A stretch of DNA of 64,000 bases from Catajapyx aquilonaris (GCA_000934665.2 JYFJ02001995.1:1-64000); one strand, 5' to 3'; positions 12,301 to 25,291 are shown, counted from the stretch's first letter. A program made the numbers and translations. Notes: generated by a model from the sequence alone, not told the origin.

Positions 12301-15300
12301 TTTCGTTCAGAGGCCAGTCTTATAAAGCGCCAGTAGGACCGGCGCTAAATCTTGCTCCCAACTCTATACAGCTGTTACCCAGGTCAATACGTGATATATT
12401 AAATCAGAAATCTTGGGGTAATGCCGCTTTAATCCGGCCATAATGAAACGTTTAAATCCAATCTCTTCCGTCTGGTGTGATTTGGGGGCGGCTGCAATAA
12501 TGTTCCTAGTCCCCCCCCCCTACCCCACCCCCATCAGAAAAAAAAGTATAAGGTACGTATATTAGACAGGGAACGGGAGTTGGTGACATGCATTCCTTTT
12601 CTAACGCGCCAGGTTATTGCTTTTTTCTTTCAGCCCGGGTGTCATTTTAATATCGAGCTTTGAGTTGATTTATGAAAGTCAGATTTACAGGCAGGAGTAG
12701 TCGTAGAGGGTGGGGGCGGCTAGATTCACATTACTGGACAGGAGGGGTGGGGTGGGTGGGGTAGAGAAAGAGCCCCCCCAAGTTATTGAGTTGGGCGCAC
12801 TTGAATGCTTTCGCTGGAGCAGGCTGGAAGGACGGGATATTGTGGGTTCCCAACATGAAGGTGGTTCAGATTGCAGCAGGCTTGCCACACCCTACCGTAC
12901 CCAAACACCCTGAATTTACCCCCCTTGCAATCTACCAAACCCAGCAACTACCCACACATCCGAACCCTCACACGCATAATCACCATACCCTCAACTTGTA
13001 CACCCCGGACATACCTACACCTCCAATGTCCACCCCCCAAAAAATTCGGTCATATTGGCCCCCCTGAAGCGCAGGCGTGGGAGTCCCGGCTAATAATGGG
13101 AAGAGAGAGCCCAACAGATGCCGGGGCGGGAAAAAGTCCCCTAGAAAACGTGAGCTCGCTCTTTTCCTCTCTCATCTCTCTGGTGGCACCGACCCCACCC
13201 TTTTTCTCCAGTTTTTTTTTTTGAGGGGGTGAAAGGGGGAGGGGGTCCGCCATTACCGGCCATATTAAACCGCCAGCCATCGCGGTGACAATATCAGAAC
13301 AATCTGTTTCAATTACCGCTGTCATGCCTGCTCTGGCCATATTTCGTTCTTAGGGGGGACGGGGGGGAAAGACCAGATTGGGGAAGGCTTGCTGGTTTTA
13401 CTGGCCCATGGGACGATGGGCAAAAAAAAAAATTGTTCTTACGGGACTAGTTTCTGAACCCACGGGTTGGGTTCCAGTTATTGAAAAGGGGGCTGGAGTG
13501 TACTGACCCTCCCATGTACATAGAGTTGGGAGCCTGAAATTACATAATTGTTGAGCACTGCGTTTATACCGCCCAAACAGCACAATTGGGATGTCCTCAT
13601 CATTATTCAGCCCATCAATGCGGCAATAAAAATTGTTACACTCGTCAGCATACTTTCATTGGGTAAACACCACCATGCCACATTTATGACTGCGCCCTCT
13701 GTTTTATGGGCGTTTCGCAACGTCTCTCGAAAGAAAACCGGGGCTCCAATATAAAACTACAGGCCACATGCATCCAGACAGCATGTGTAGGAAATATGCA
13801 TGATTCAAGCCAGCAGGCTGACACCCACACTTATGACGGTATGTCCGCAGTATATTCGACCCTGTGGTATCTCCAATATTTAACAAGTGTTTTTTTTTCT
13901 TCAATTTTGTGTTGTGCTGTGACTAATATCAGGCGACAATAGGAGTGGGTCGCTCAGATGATACCATCCAGATCTCCCCCCAATAATGGTGGTGGGGTCC
14001 AAGTTTTGCAATGATCAATGTTTAATTTTGGGCCCAGAAGGGGTCGGCGATTTGGCGAAAGTAATGGGAACAGGGGCAGGACAATGGTGGTATTGGTTCA
14101 GCGCCCGGCTTTCCAGTTTAATTTCGCCTACTGTTCGACTCCCCCCCGCCCTTCAGCCAACCAACCCCCCCCCCNCCATTCCGCCCTCTAAGCAGATAGA
14201 CCACTGCTGGCAAAGAAGGAAAAGCCCCTGCTGCTGACATGTTGACGCCAAAGAGAGAAACCCCCCCTACCATTACAATAGAGGATCAATTGCAATTGGT
14301 TCTCGAACCATGGAGCTTAGGCATCAATTTTCAATCGACCTGATTGAATGTTAATCACCGGTTACCCCTCGCCGATAAATACTGGATGTTAATCCTGCGG
14401 ACTCCAATTGTGCCTTTAAATGCGTAAAAAGGTGATTAAAATTCAGCCAAGTTTAACGCCAGACTGGTTACGTGTCCAAAGTTGCACAGATTGCACGACC
14501 TCCCCTGGAAAATTTCATTTCTCTGCTACAATGGCTAATATTGCGCACCCCCGTATTGACTAAAATATACGGCGCCCTCTTCCGTTCTGAAAATTGCTAC
14601 CACCCCAAATCAGTGCGTTAATAAACTTTCGGTCCACCAGTATTACTTTTTTTTTAAAAAAAAAGAGGAGGTAATACACCAGTGTCGCGCATTATTAGAT
14701 GATAAAAAGTGACACCTGGTGCAGTGGCAAGTTCGGCCCAATTTGGCACAATCAACTCAGCCGGAATACATTATTGCAGAAAGTGGCGAATTAATAGTTC
14801 CGCGGTAGTTTCAGGTGCGAATAGCTAGCCAAAGGCAATTGAAATGCGCGGTGCAATAAATCCGTAGCACCCAGCAGGGCTTATAATAATTATCGAAAGT
14901 GACGCATCGGTTGGCAAGCTTTGGGGAGGCACAAAAAGAGCGACCACAAAAACTAATTATTGGATCTCCAGTCCCTGGCTCACCCTGTGAAGTTAACTAC
15001 CCGGAAAAGCCCTCATGGACCCTTCTTCACTCCAGCAGAAAAGAGGAAAAGAAATGCAGCCGAGGGGTTAGTCAAGAAAGGGGATTTCGGCAGGGGGTTT
15101 ATTTTTGGTCAGGCCACGATTTGTCACGCTTTGCCTTTCAGGTGGCGAATGGTGACTTGGCTCTTTCTTCTCTCTCTTTTTGTAAGATCCCGCTGCTTCC
15201 TCATCCTCCCATCAACACCCAACAAATCCCACGGAATCTTGGGAGCCACTGTGACAAACGCCTTGAATGAAATCAATCCGTAAACACCACATCATGCCCT

Positions 15301-15332
15301 TTTCGCACAGAAACGAGCAAGTCACCACATCA

Positions 15333-15533
15333 AGCTAGGCCTAGTCCCTAGTGGCAATGTCCATGCCTCGTGGTTAGGCCTAGTGGCTGTGCCTACTGGC
15401 CATCCCTCGTGGCTAGGCCTAGTGACCATGCCTCGTGGTTAGGCCTAGTGGCTGGGCCTAGTGGCCATGCCTCGTGGCTAGGCCTAGTGGCTGGGCCTAG
15501 TGTCCATGACTCGTGGCTAGGCCTAGTGGCTGG
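15333..15533. repeat. Minisatellite, 13-bp subunits in a 39-bp higher-order unit
   Basis: Recurring GGCCATGCCTCGT / GGCTAGGCCTAGT / GGCTGGGCCTAGT variants. Confidence 0.9.
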
Positions 15534-16892
15534 GTCTCACAAGCCAGGCAGTCCCTTGGCAATTTTGCCACCTATATAACCAGAGTCCCCCTCCTTTCCA
15601 TCCCTCTGGTTCCTTCCATCCCTCTTCATCCCTGCATATCCCAGCTTTCCTTTCGGTCAGCTGCGGCGGGGAGATGCAAAATTAATCAACTCCAGGGGGG
15701 TCAATCCAGAGAGGGGGACGCCACCGCACACAAAATATGCCTGCCCATCGTTCAGATTTCATACTATGGTGGACAGCACGAGAGGCGCATCGGTGATGGA
15801 ATCAATTCTAGGGAGCCAAGAGAGAGAGCCAAGGGTCTAGAGAGGAGGAGGGGGAAAGGCGAGCAGAGGCGCCGCCAAATGAATTTTAGAATGAATTTGA
15901 GAGTAGGCCACCAACCGTTCGTCCTTTTCCCTCCTTGTAATTTGCATATCGTATCTCCGCTCGATATGTCTCTACCAGGTGGCCCAACTGCTGCGAGACT
16001 TCTCACACCCCATGGAAAAAACAGGAGGGGACAAAAAAAACACGTTTTGGACCACTCAGGGTGTCATGTCACACCAGGTAACAACCGGACTAGTCCGAAG
16101 GGTCGACTCTATAAATTATATGCCTTCACCTGCCACACTTTTTTTAACCAATTGGCCCGGATTAACAAGCGTGTTAAATTGGCACTTGTCCTTTTCCACC
16201 CCCTGGTCGTTTTATCCATTAATTATGCAATTTTAAATTCACGATACCTCGACGGCCGCGCGTGGAAAATCCTTCACCTCAGCAAAATGGATTTCTGCCA
16301 TGCTCTACATGAAAGTTCGAGACGGTGAACATCAACCCAATTTGCCAGAATTGATACTGAATATCGCCAGCAAGCAGCTTTTTTTCTCTTCTTCTTCTTC
16401 TTCAGACTTCTTCCCTCCTCCTCCTCCACCTTCTTCCTTCGTCCGGACGCCTCCATTGACGAGTGACAAGAGGAGGAAGGGAGCAATTTTCCACAAAAAT
16501 TGCTGGAGGATCGCCCAGTTTCGCAAGGAGTCGCTACAATCAACCCACTTATCTGGCAAACGTGGAAGGGTAGAGAGATCCTATCAAGCGATCCACCTAA
16601 AGAATGCCGAGGCAACAAGCAAGAGCGTCTATATACGCTCCAAATGAGCTTTCCCCTTACCCTCCGCACCACCCCTTCCCCCCTCCTCTAGGATTCGCTC
16701 GTTTTATGTCAAGAAACGCATCAGGTCTTCCGCAAACTATCGCGTGGATCACGACGACGGAAGCGCAAAAAAAAAGAGTGAAAAGCGCAAAAAAAAGGAC
16801 TTGTTCACAAACACGCCGACAGTTCCTTGGGTGGCTTTTCTTCCCCCCATTTTCAAGATCCGGCCAGGTTGGGGCCAAGTCGTATATGAACC

Positions 16893-17369
16893 CACTGAAA
16901 TCCGGGATTTCTTATTCGCCAAATATTTGTCGTAAATATGAAATTTGTCATTTCTTTAATGAATTGTGTGTTCAATTTCCAAGAAATCTGAAGAAATTTG
17001 TCGTAAATGTTAAATCTTCATAATATCCCCGAATTTCTTTCATTTGATGAATGAATTAATGAAATATCACATTTCAGACAAATTTCTTCAGATTTGTTGG
17101 AAATTGAACACACAACTCATGATGAAATTTTCGTCTCTGTCTGTGTGTTTAATACTTTCCAAGAAATCTGTTGGAATTCTTTCTACCAAACCGGGTTTGT
17201 GAGATTTCCTCCGGTTTGCGAAACCCGGATTCCATGCCTTAATGAAAGACTAATGAAAGAAATTCGAAGATTTCACATTTCTGACATTTCTTGAGATTTC
17301 TTGGAAATTCTTTCTATACCAAACCGGTTTGTGAGATTTCCTCCAGTTTGCGAAACCCGGATTCTCCTG
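16893..17369. mobile_element. Degenerate CACT-terminus (CACTA/EnSpm-like) non-autonomous element with duplicated right end
   Basis: Left end CACTGAAATCCGGG and right end CCCGGATTCTCCTG form an imperfect inverted repeat. Interior is rich in GAAAT/ATTTC. A ~62-bp direct repeat lies at 17171-17232 and 17301-17364. Confidence 0.5.
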
Positions 17370-20090
17370 ACTTCAAGACGACCACCGCTTGCCCTTTGCT
17401 CCGTCCCGGACTGTACCTCATCAGCGCAGCTGTCGACACTCATCTCTTCGTTTCCATGGAGATGCCAATTCCCTCTCAGCCACTGGTCATTTGCGCTACT
17501 TTGTATCCGGCAATCCCCGATTACTCACTTCCTCTCGTAAGGAGGCCCCGGCCCCCTGTGAGCCCCCCCATGTTTGAACTTCTGAAAGATTTCCAATAAA
17601 TGTGCAACTCAATTTCCTCTCCTCTGCCGGCATATCCCCGCCAGGGCAAAAACAGGGATGGGAGGAGGAGGGGATTGAGGGGTTGAGGAAAAGGGGAAAT
17701 TGGGGATGCCCCCCCACCCACCTCCTACCCTATACCCTTCTTTTTCTCATGCAATTAAGACCTGTTGGGAACATTGGGAGAGAGAGAGGATGAGACGACT
17801 CCTTCATTCAAGGGAGGACCCCCCGCGCGAGTAAATCCAGACTGGGGTCCGGCTTCCTCCTTTTCAGCACCCAATCCCAATGGGGGCCTGGACCAAAGGA
17901 GAGGAGAGGATGGCATGCAATTTCAGCTGCCCACCACTCCGGATTAGCCCACTATTATTCCCTGGCCACTGGCCGCCCCCAATATCGGCCATTACTAACC
18001 CCAACATTTAACCCCAGGTATGGGCCCCCGCATAAGGTCCAGAGCTGGGGGTGTTTTTTTTCGGGTAAAGAAAGATGCTGACCGTGTGTTTGGAAGGCTT
18101 TATTTGACAATAAAAAAAGGCAATATCACACGATGGGTAAACATCAGGCGGGAAGGAAGGGACCAGCTTCCTTCCAATTTCCGCTTCTAATCTTACTCTG
18201 AAGGCCTGTTTTCACAAAATGCGGTCAAATGCCAAATATTGAGCAAAAATCACTCCCAAAATGAGGATCTGTCGATTCAAATTAAGGAGGAAACATCCGA
18301 TAATGTACTGTAAACGCCTACTATAATTTGCCATTTTTTCTGATTATTTGAATTCTTTTATTTATTCGTTGGTTGGTTCGTTCATTCATATCCTGTACGG
18401 TTGTGACTCCATAAAGAACGAAATTGGCTACCCCATAATGGAAAATGAATAAATTAATTTTAAATCATTAATATTTATTTTATTTCTGGATATTTCCTAA
18501 TATTGCACACTGGCTCCAAAAATTGCGATATGAACCGGGCTATAACTTTTCTGCTCATATATTAATGACGGGGTGTACTACTCCATGGTGTCAAATTTTC
18601 ATAGTGGTTCACCCTGTGCAGCTATAGAGGGTTAAAAAAACCTGCGTCTTCAGACCTGATATAAACGACCCATATATATATCGTTGTCGAAATTGACTGC
18701 CAAATTGGTGCAAGACGGGACTATTACGCCCGGAAATTGGTTGCCCTTCCCAAATAGAATAAAATATCGCAAAGTTATGAAGAAGAAATTGCCGTAGGCA
18801 GCCAACCTTGCCACTCTTTATTGGCCCACATTCAATTCCAATCCGGTTCCTTGAAAGGAATCGCTCTGACAAAAGAAAACTGGGGGAAAAAATGGGTGGG
18901 AGAATAATAATACTAAAAGAAGAGGGGTGGGCAAGGGGGGGTCAGGCTGCAACACCCAGCAAATTCAGTTACCCCACTTTTCTGTGGTCCCCAAGAATCC
19001 AAAAAAATGAGTTTTTCCTCTACCTCTCTGAGAGTCCCCCGGAATAATTTCGGAGAGGAAATGGAGGAAATCCCTGCCCATTTTTCATCTCGGTTGCAAT
19101 GTCCGGCTCAATTACCCGTGGTACCTCTTTTCGTGACGGAGGAGAATAGCAGACGGGAGCAACATTCTTGTGAGCTCCGACCCCTGGAGAGAGGGACTGG
19201 TCAAGCTTATAGTCCTGGACCCCCCTAGGAGAAAATGCACTAACAGCCAATACGTGTCCAAAAAATATGAGTTAGTTCCTCCTTTGAATTGTAATAGCAA
19301 GTGCAATATTTGCAATTTCTTAGCTCAAAAAAAAAATTCCTTCAGACTCTTTTTCTCCGAATGTTCAGTCGGGTGGTGTTGGGCACAAAAAAAAAGACGC
19401 GCTCCGACACCGTCAAACCGATCCAGGAACGGTTTTACGGTTGGAGACCCCCTCAGTCCCAAACGGCAGGGGAAAAAATTTAACATCGTGTCGATTGGCA
19501 TGAAGTCGCTTTTTCTCTGACAAGCAGTTCAACGTGGCGTATCGGACACTTTGTAAAGTCGGATTAAGCGTTTGGGGTAAGACAAGTTGGGGAGATCAGC
19601 ACCGATAGCAATCACCAACGACGACGATAAAAAGAGAGGGTTAAGCTCTCATTATCTGCTTGAAGGCTGTCACACATTCTCTTCTCTGGTGTCTTTGCAC
19701 ACGCGAATTTGTGCATATATGCTAACAGATACCTTATTCCAACTCGTGAAACATTTCCAAGTTTTCCGTGCCACAGCCGCGCCTTGGACCGGAAAAACGT
19801 TTCCCCCCCAAACTCTCTCTCTGCGCATGAAAAGTTAATAATCACATTATCTTTAGCTTAACGTTCATTAACTAGCATGCCCCTGGTGAAATTTATTAAG
19901 CGTCACTTGGCTTATCTAAAAGGCGATACACGACACAGCCGACTCTGCGTTTCTCATTAAAACAGCCCTGGTACTGCCCCTGCGCTCATTATAATGAGCG
20001 CAACTGCAGTCTACTTGTTGCAAAGGCATGGAAATAGTCCTTTTTGTAGTCCTTACCCCCCAATATAATACCAAATAGGGATACGTAGTC

Positions 20091-20448
20091 GTCGTAGTGG
20101 CGCTGCGGTAACTTATGCGCCCACGAATATACGGGTCCCGGGTTCGATCCCCAGCCCCGGTTTTCCCCCCTTTATCTCGTACAGAGTTGGGTCGTCTCTG
20201 GCTACATCTAGGGCGGTGCTTCTTGATATAAACCACCCGGGGGAGCTCACAAAATGTACCCATATTAGTCATTCGCACTTCACTTTGCACATCCCCTCCT
20301 AGTCACCCTGCCCGTGGGCCTGGGCGCTTCGTACAATAAGCTACCAGCTAATATTGAGCTATATCAATATCGCTTGGGGCAATTAGTCCCCCTCCCCCGA
20401 ATACCCCGTAAGGGGTGGCAAGGGGTACCACACAATAATAACAATAAC

Positions 20449-20524
<76 letters not shown>
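20091..20524 (+). mobile_element. tRNA-derived SINE, apparently full length (~430 bp)
   Basis: Pol III A-box TGGCGCTGCGG (20098-20108) and B-box GGTTCGATCCC (20141-20151) at tRNA-like spacing, unrelated body, 3' stem-loop ACCCC-GTAA-GGGGT, then (AAT)n tail. Confidence 0.85.
20434..20524 (+). repeat. (AAT)n microsatellite, SINE tail
   Basis: About 30 AAT units with two AAC variants near the start. Confidence 0.97.
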
Positions 20525-20528
<4 letters not shown>

Positions 20529-22130
20529 GTAAAATAGCCCCAAATTGAAATCAAAATAAACGACGGCGATATTCATTTTTTTAAAGAATGAGCTGATCCG
20601 GAGGCATGTGCTCATCATGATGAATGCACGGCTCATCCAGAGGAACGTACTCATAGGGTGTTTTTTTAACCACCTTTCTAAGGTTGTGCAGTGTGTCGTA
20701 TAGCTATTTTCAGAGTGGGCCCCCCTGCAAATTCACTTCCCACGTTGGACATGGTTTGGGGAGAAAACTTGCTGCACGAGTGCATTTGGGGGTCGCCGAT
20801 GCGTTGAAATTAACTTTCGCCATGGAAAAAAAAGAGGGTGCCCATTTCTTATTTCAGACGTGATCGAGACGCGTCACGACGTCACACGGACACGTTTAGA
20901 GCCCACCTCATTAGATAAGATGCAAGTTGCATTTCTGCCGAAACAAATTAGGAGAAGTCCTTGAAACTGGCCCTAGCTTTTAACCCCCCTCCTCCTTCTG
21001 TATATTTTTTTGGGAGAAGGAAAGAGAACCTCCCTTTCCCTTCATTAAGCCGGCTTCCAAGTTCTGTGCAGCGCTTGTCCATACAGAGGAAGCCTATTTA
21101 CAGGCAAGGAGAAGCAAGTCAAAGCTAATGAGAGGATGACGCTAATGAGAGCGAGTGGAGGGAAAAGCCGCACGTGTGATGCCTGGCGCGCCCAATTGGA
21201 ATGCCTCATCTTTACAATTATAATCCTACGGTGCTGAGGGCCCATCCTCCTCTTGCCTCCTTTTCCTTTTCCCTGTAATGATCTTCACTTTGGCTCTAAT
21301 TATCCTGAGGGGGGGCCTTGGCTTCCTCTCTTTCTCCGCCAGCAGATCAAACAGCACGTGACCAGAAGGAGCTGGGGGGTTGCTGCAGCAGCCCAGCCTG
21401 TACCATTCTTCTCCAGATCTAGACGCTAATTGCGCTGACAAAACCACGCTTTTGGCTCCTTCAAGAAAGTTACATGTCACCAGCCCTAGCCTGAATCAAT
21501 AGTATCCTGACAAATCCTGTCCAATACGTACTTCTTTTTCAGGCAATATTCTAACAATGGCCACTATTCATATGAGGCAAGTAGAGTGCATTCGCCAATT
21601 AATATTAAACTTGCCAATTTGCTCGAGCACCGGACAACTTTGCGTGAATATATCCCACCCAAACTCCCGTGACCGGATTCAACCGTGGCCAACACTGCAA
21701 TCAATTTGAGATACCGCATGTCCATTTCCTAAACCGAGAGTCCATTTTCGAGGGTATATAGGATGGGGGTGGACAACAATGATTTTCCGCCATCCTGGCC
21801 AGATAGAGTACTCGAGCAAACAAGAGCTGCACCCCACCAATTTGTATGGGCAGTCTATAATAAAAATTTGTGGGTGGGACGATTTTTTTGACATGAGCAT
21901 AGGAATGAGCGATGGGGGGGAATTGACTACTGCATACTCTACTCTGCAAGGCAATAGACCATATCGCGAAAAGAGGGGGGGGGGGGGTAGTCGGGTCTAG
22001 TGGAGCCACCGATTTATGACGCAGCCTAATAGGATTTCACTTCCACTCGGCCCTACTCTCATACTTATTTTAACGGCCTCTGAACTTATGCCCGACAGAT
22101 ATTTAGATTGAATTCGGGCCAGAGTAGGCT

Positions 22131-22241
22131 GGACTAAGCGCTTCTTTTTTTTTTGCTCAGTAGCAGTGATCGCAAAAATAACGCTTAGTCCACTTTTAGC
22201 GCTGCTACTCAGCAAAATAGCGCTTAAAAGTGGACTAAGCG
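22131..22241. repeat. Interleaved inverted repeats, probable MITE remnant
   Basis: CGCTTAGTCCACTTTTA (22182-22198) is the perfect inverse of TAAAAGTGGACTAAGCG (22225-22241). TTTTGCTCAGTAGCAG (22151-22166) is a 1-mismatch inverse of CTGCTACTCAGCAAAA (22202-22217). An extra GGACTAAGCG lies at 22131. Confidence 0.75.
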
Positions 22242-24832
22242 AAAAATAGCACAGCGATCAACTCCTTTGGACCAACTACCAGCAGGGTGTGCCGGATATC
22301 TCTCGGTACCCCCCCCCCCCAAAAAAAAAAAAAACTGTGGGGTCAAAGTAAAAACCGAGGGTGCAAGCTCCGGAGAATATAACGCGCAACTTGAGGTAAG
22401 AGTTATTGTGGGGGGCCCAGTGAAAGTAATGAAATTCCAAATACCTCCCAGAGTTGGTATTCACGGGCGAGTTTGCTGGGGCGCCATACATCACTGGCAG
22501 CTATCCCATATCAAATCCATGTGGAGCAGCCATTCATTTCCTCCACAGCTTAGGAGTCTGGGTGGGTGGGGGTAGGAGGGGAAAAGGCAGTGGGGAGAGG
22601 GAATGGTGGAGGGTGGGGGGGAGGCAAAAATCGGCCGGCTGCGGCATGCAGATCGCCCCGATTGATACCCCCTGATCCCCCTCCCGCGGTCGGCCTGTCC
22701 TGTTAAATTTGTTTCTAATAACGGGGGAGCCGAATTCCATTTCCCGGTCCTGACGGTGATGTATAGAGAGCCTTCACAACGTGTAAATACAAAATCTTTT
22801 GGTGGGCATGTGTAGGAAGGGAGAGCTAGCCGCACGCCTAATGCTCTCAAAGCCTCTAATATATTCACTTTTTAACCTTAATCTAAACTAAGCCCCCCCA
22901 GCGGAAACACTCCGGAATTGGGGCTATATTGCAAAAGTGAGAGAGAGAAATGGTATCCATTATGGGGGCTGCGACTTCCAATTCTGTGGTCTGCACCCAA
23001 TCGAACCGCAGAACCCGCCATCCACCCGCTGGCTAGCTCTCTCTGCTAGACTACACTCGCCTGCCTGCCTCCATCCCTTGCCTGCCTACACATCACGGTT
23101 GCAGTAAGAGCACTTTTGTACACCAAAATAGCAAATGGATGCTTTATCCGCACTGTAAGGCAGGATTTGTACAGCGATTTTCCAAAGAGCGCTTAAATTT
23201 ATTAAGCCAATTTTGATAGTAAGCTGCTTATTATTAATCGCCACTTTATGAACAAATCAGAACTAAATTAGCAAAATAAAAATATTACGTTTAAAGCACC
23301 GCCAATTAATTAACATCTTAGCAAAATTGCACGCCCATTGCAGAAACCCCCCCCCCCAATTAACTACATGCTTTTTAAAAAAATTAATTGACACCTTTTC
23401 TACTCTAAAATACGATTCAGCTCGTTCCAAAGCGGAGCAGATTCTATCCTATCACTTGGCAACCCCTCCTCTCCTCCACTGCCATTTCCAACCCCCTCTC
23501 TGAAGCGCCCCCTTCTCTTCAGTGGGTGGGGGGAGGGGGGGGGCTAAAATTGACAAGGCGGCGTTCAGCTGAATAAGCCCATATCTCCCGGCTTGATGAA
23601 ATTTCTTTGACGCCCATCTGCACACACTGACACCCTTAATTGATATTTCTCCCTCCCCCTCCCCTTCCCACCCCACCCTTCCAGCCCCCCGCCCCCCTCC
23701 CTCAAAAACATTTCATACCAAGTTTCACCGGGTATTGGTTTTCCGCTATCTAAATAGGTTCCCGGCTCCGACTGCTCGCATTGCTTCTGCTAATAGAGGT
23801 TACACTAAAGTTAATGGAAAAATTATCGAAGTGAAAATTTCTCATTAAAGGCAGAGCCTGCACTGCATAATACCCGGGATAAAGGAGAAGGATATTGGAT
23901 GACTGCGGTATTGTGAGGAATTGTATACCATTACGAACAAGAGCGGCCTTAATAACATCAGGCGGCGTGCATCACGCCCCCCTCTTCCAACCCCTTCCAA
24001 CCCCCCCACCCCCGTCTCCTCCACCTCAACTAATCATATTTCCACTAGAAAATGGAACATGTATTTCCCCATATCTTAATTAGATCGCTGAAGAATGTCA
24101 GACGTTTTCCATATTACGATTTAATTTGTGTTAATTTACGTCCCCCCCTGGAGAAATGAAATGTATTAAGAGGCAACACTTGCGCCGCTTGTCAAAAGGC
24201 ATGGAAAAAGAAGCCGGGGGAGGAGAGAGGGAGGAAGCGGGGAGAAGGGAGGAAAAAAAGGAAGAAAGGAAAAAAAAGGCGCGTCTGAGAGAGCCCGTGC
24301 TTTCAAAGTTGATGCGGCAGAGTAATGAACTTACTTTATTATTACTTTGCATGGTCTAAGAAAATGCACTTTCAAAATGAATCTCGTCGGGGTGTAATGG
24401 GCTCGATGACGCCCGGCGTGCATAGACAATGGGGGCCCCCGGGATGGGGAGAGCCAGGGATGAAAATGGGGAAGGCACCACTGCTTGTTTACGAATTAAA
24501 AACCATCCTGCCATCCGCATTAAGATGGGGGAAAAGAAGAACCTAAGAGCAAAGGCTATACGCCCCACCAGGAATAAGAAAAGCCTCCTCCTTCGCCGTC
24601 TCCTCTAATTGAAATCACCCCCACAAGATGCAGAAAACACCGAGGTGTTGGGCACAGCAGAAATTTTATAAATATTTCCAACCCTGGCTGGTAACGACCG
24701 GTAACAAAAATGAAGCGGATATATATTATTAAATAATATAACTTACGTCAGCTTCATTTTCGTTCCAAAATTAATAACTTACACAAATAACAAATAAATA
24801 AATAAATGTTATTTATCTGTTGTTTAGGTAGG

Positions 24833-25014
24833 TTATTTATTTGTCTTCAAAGAGCATCTCTGGGCACAGAACCTTTTAAAATTTATTTGTTTGTTTGTTT
24901 GTTTATGTGCCCTCAAAAAGCATTTGGCACAGAACCTTTTAATTCAAACTTTATTTATTTGTCCTCAAAGAGCATCCTGGCGCAAAACATTTAAAAATAT
25001 TTATTTATTTATTT
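24833..25014. repeat. Tandem repeat, ~55-60 bp x 3, separated by (TTTA/TTTG)n
   Basis: TTATTTGTCTTCAAAGAGCATCTCTGGGCACAGAACCTTTTAA / TTATGTGCCCTCAAAAAGCATTTGGCACAGAACCTTTTAA / TTATTTGTCCTCAAAGAGCATCCTGGCGCAAAACATTTAA. Confidence 0.85.
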
Positions 25015-25126
25015 TACTATATACCCAGTGGGCTTATTATGGTGGGACACACCTCATAGAGCATCATAAAATAATTTTAAAATATAAGCGAAGTGTAAGC
25101 TTATCCCCCCCCCCAATGGCTAATAT

Positions 25127-25291
25127 CACTCTAAAAAAATTTCGAGTGCTTCCACTCGATTTGATTGATTTTCACTCTTTCACCTAATTGATTTGACTCC
25201 CACTCTTATTGAGTTGAAATCACTCGTTCACTCGAGGGAAAAATTCTCACTCATAGTGAATGACATTTTTTCACTATGAATTTTTTAAGTG
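25127..25291. mobile_element. CACT-terminus MITE (CACTA/EnSpm-like), 165 bp
   Basis: Ends CACTCTAAAAAAATT and AATTTTTTAAGTG are inverted. Interior has many CACTC/GAGTG repeats. A 2-bp TSD is not conserved (AT vs AG). Confidence 0.65.

Noticed and set aside
15333..15533. CRISPR array or telomeric repeat
   Set aside because: Units are contiguous with no unique spacers and no cas genes. TTAGGC occurs only inside the 13-bp unit, not as a tandem hexamer.
15513..16328. 271-aa ORF (longest in the track)
   Set aside because: Non-ATG start inside a minisatellite, composition driven by purine/pyrimidine tracts, no domain recognised.
20091..20162. Functional tRNA gene
   Set aside because: Acceptor and anticodon stems do not pair, and it continues into a body and (AAT)n tail, so it is a SINE head.
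20314..20654. Poly-Asn, poly-Tyr and poly-Leu ORFs
   Set aside because: Translations of the (AAT)n microsatellite.
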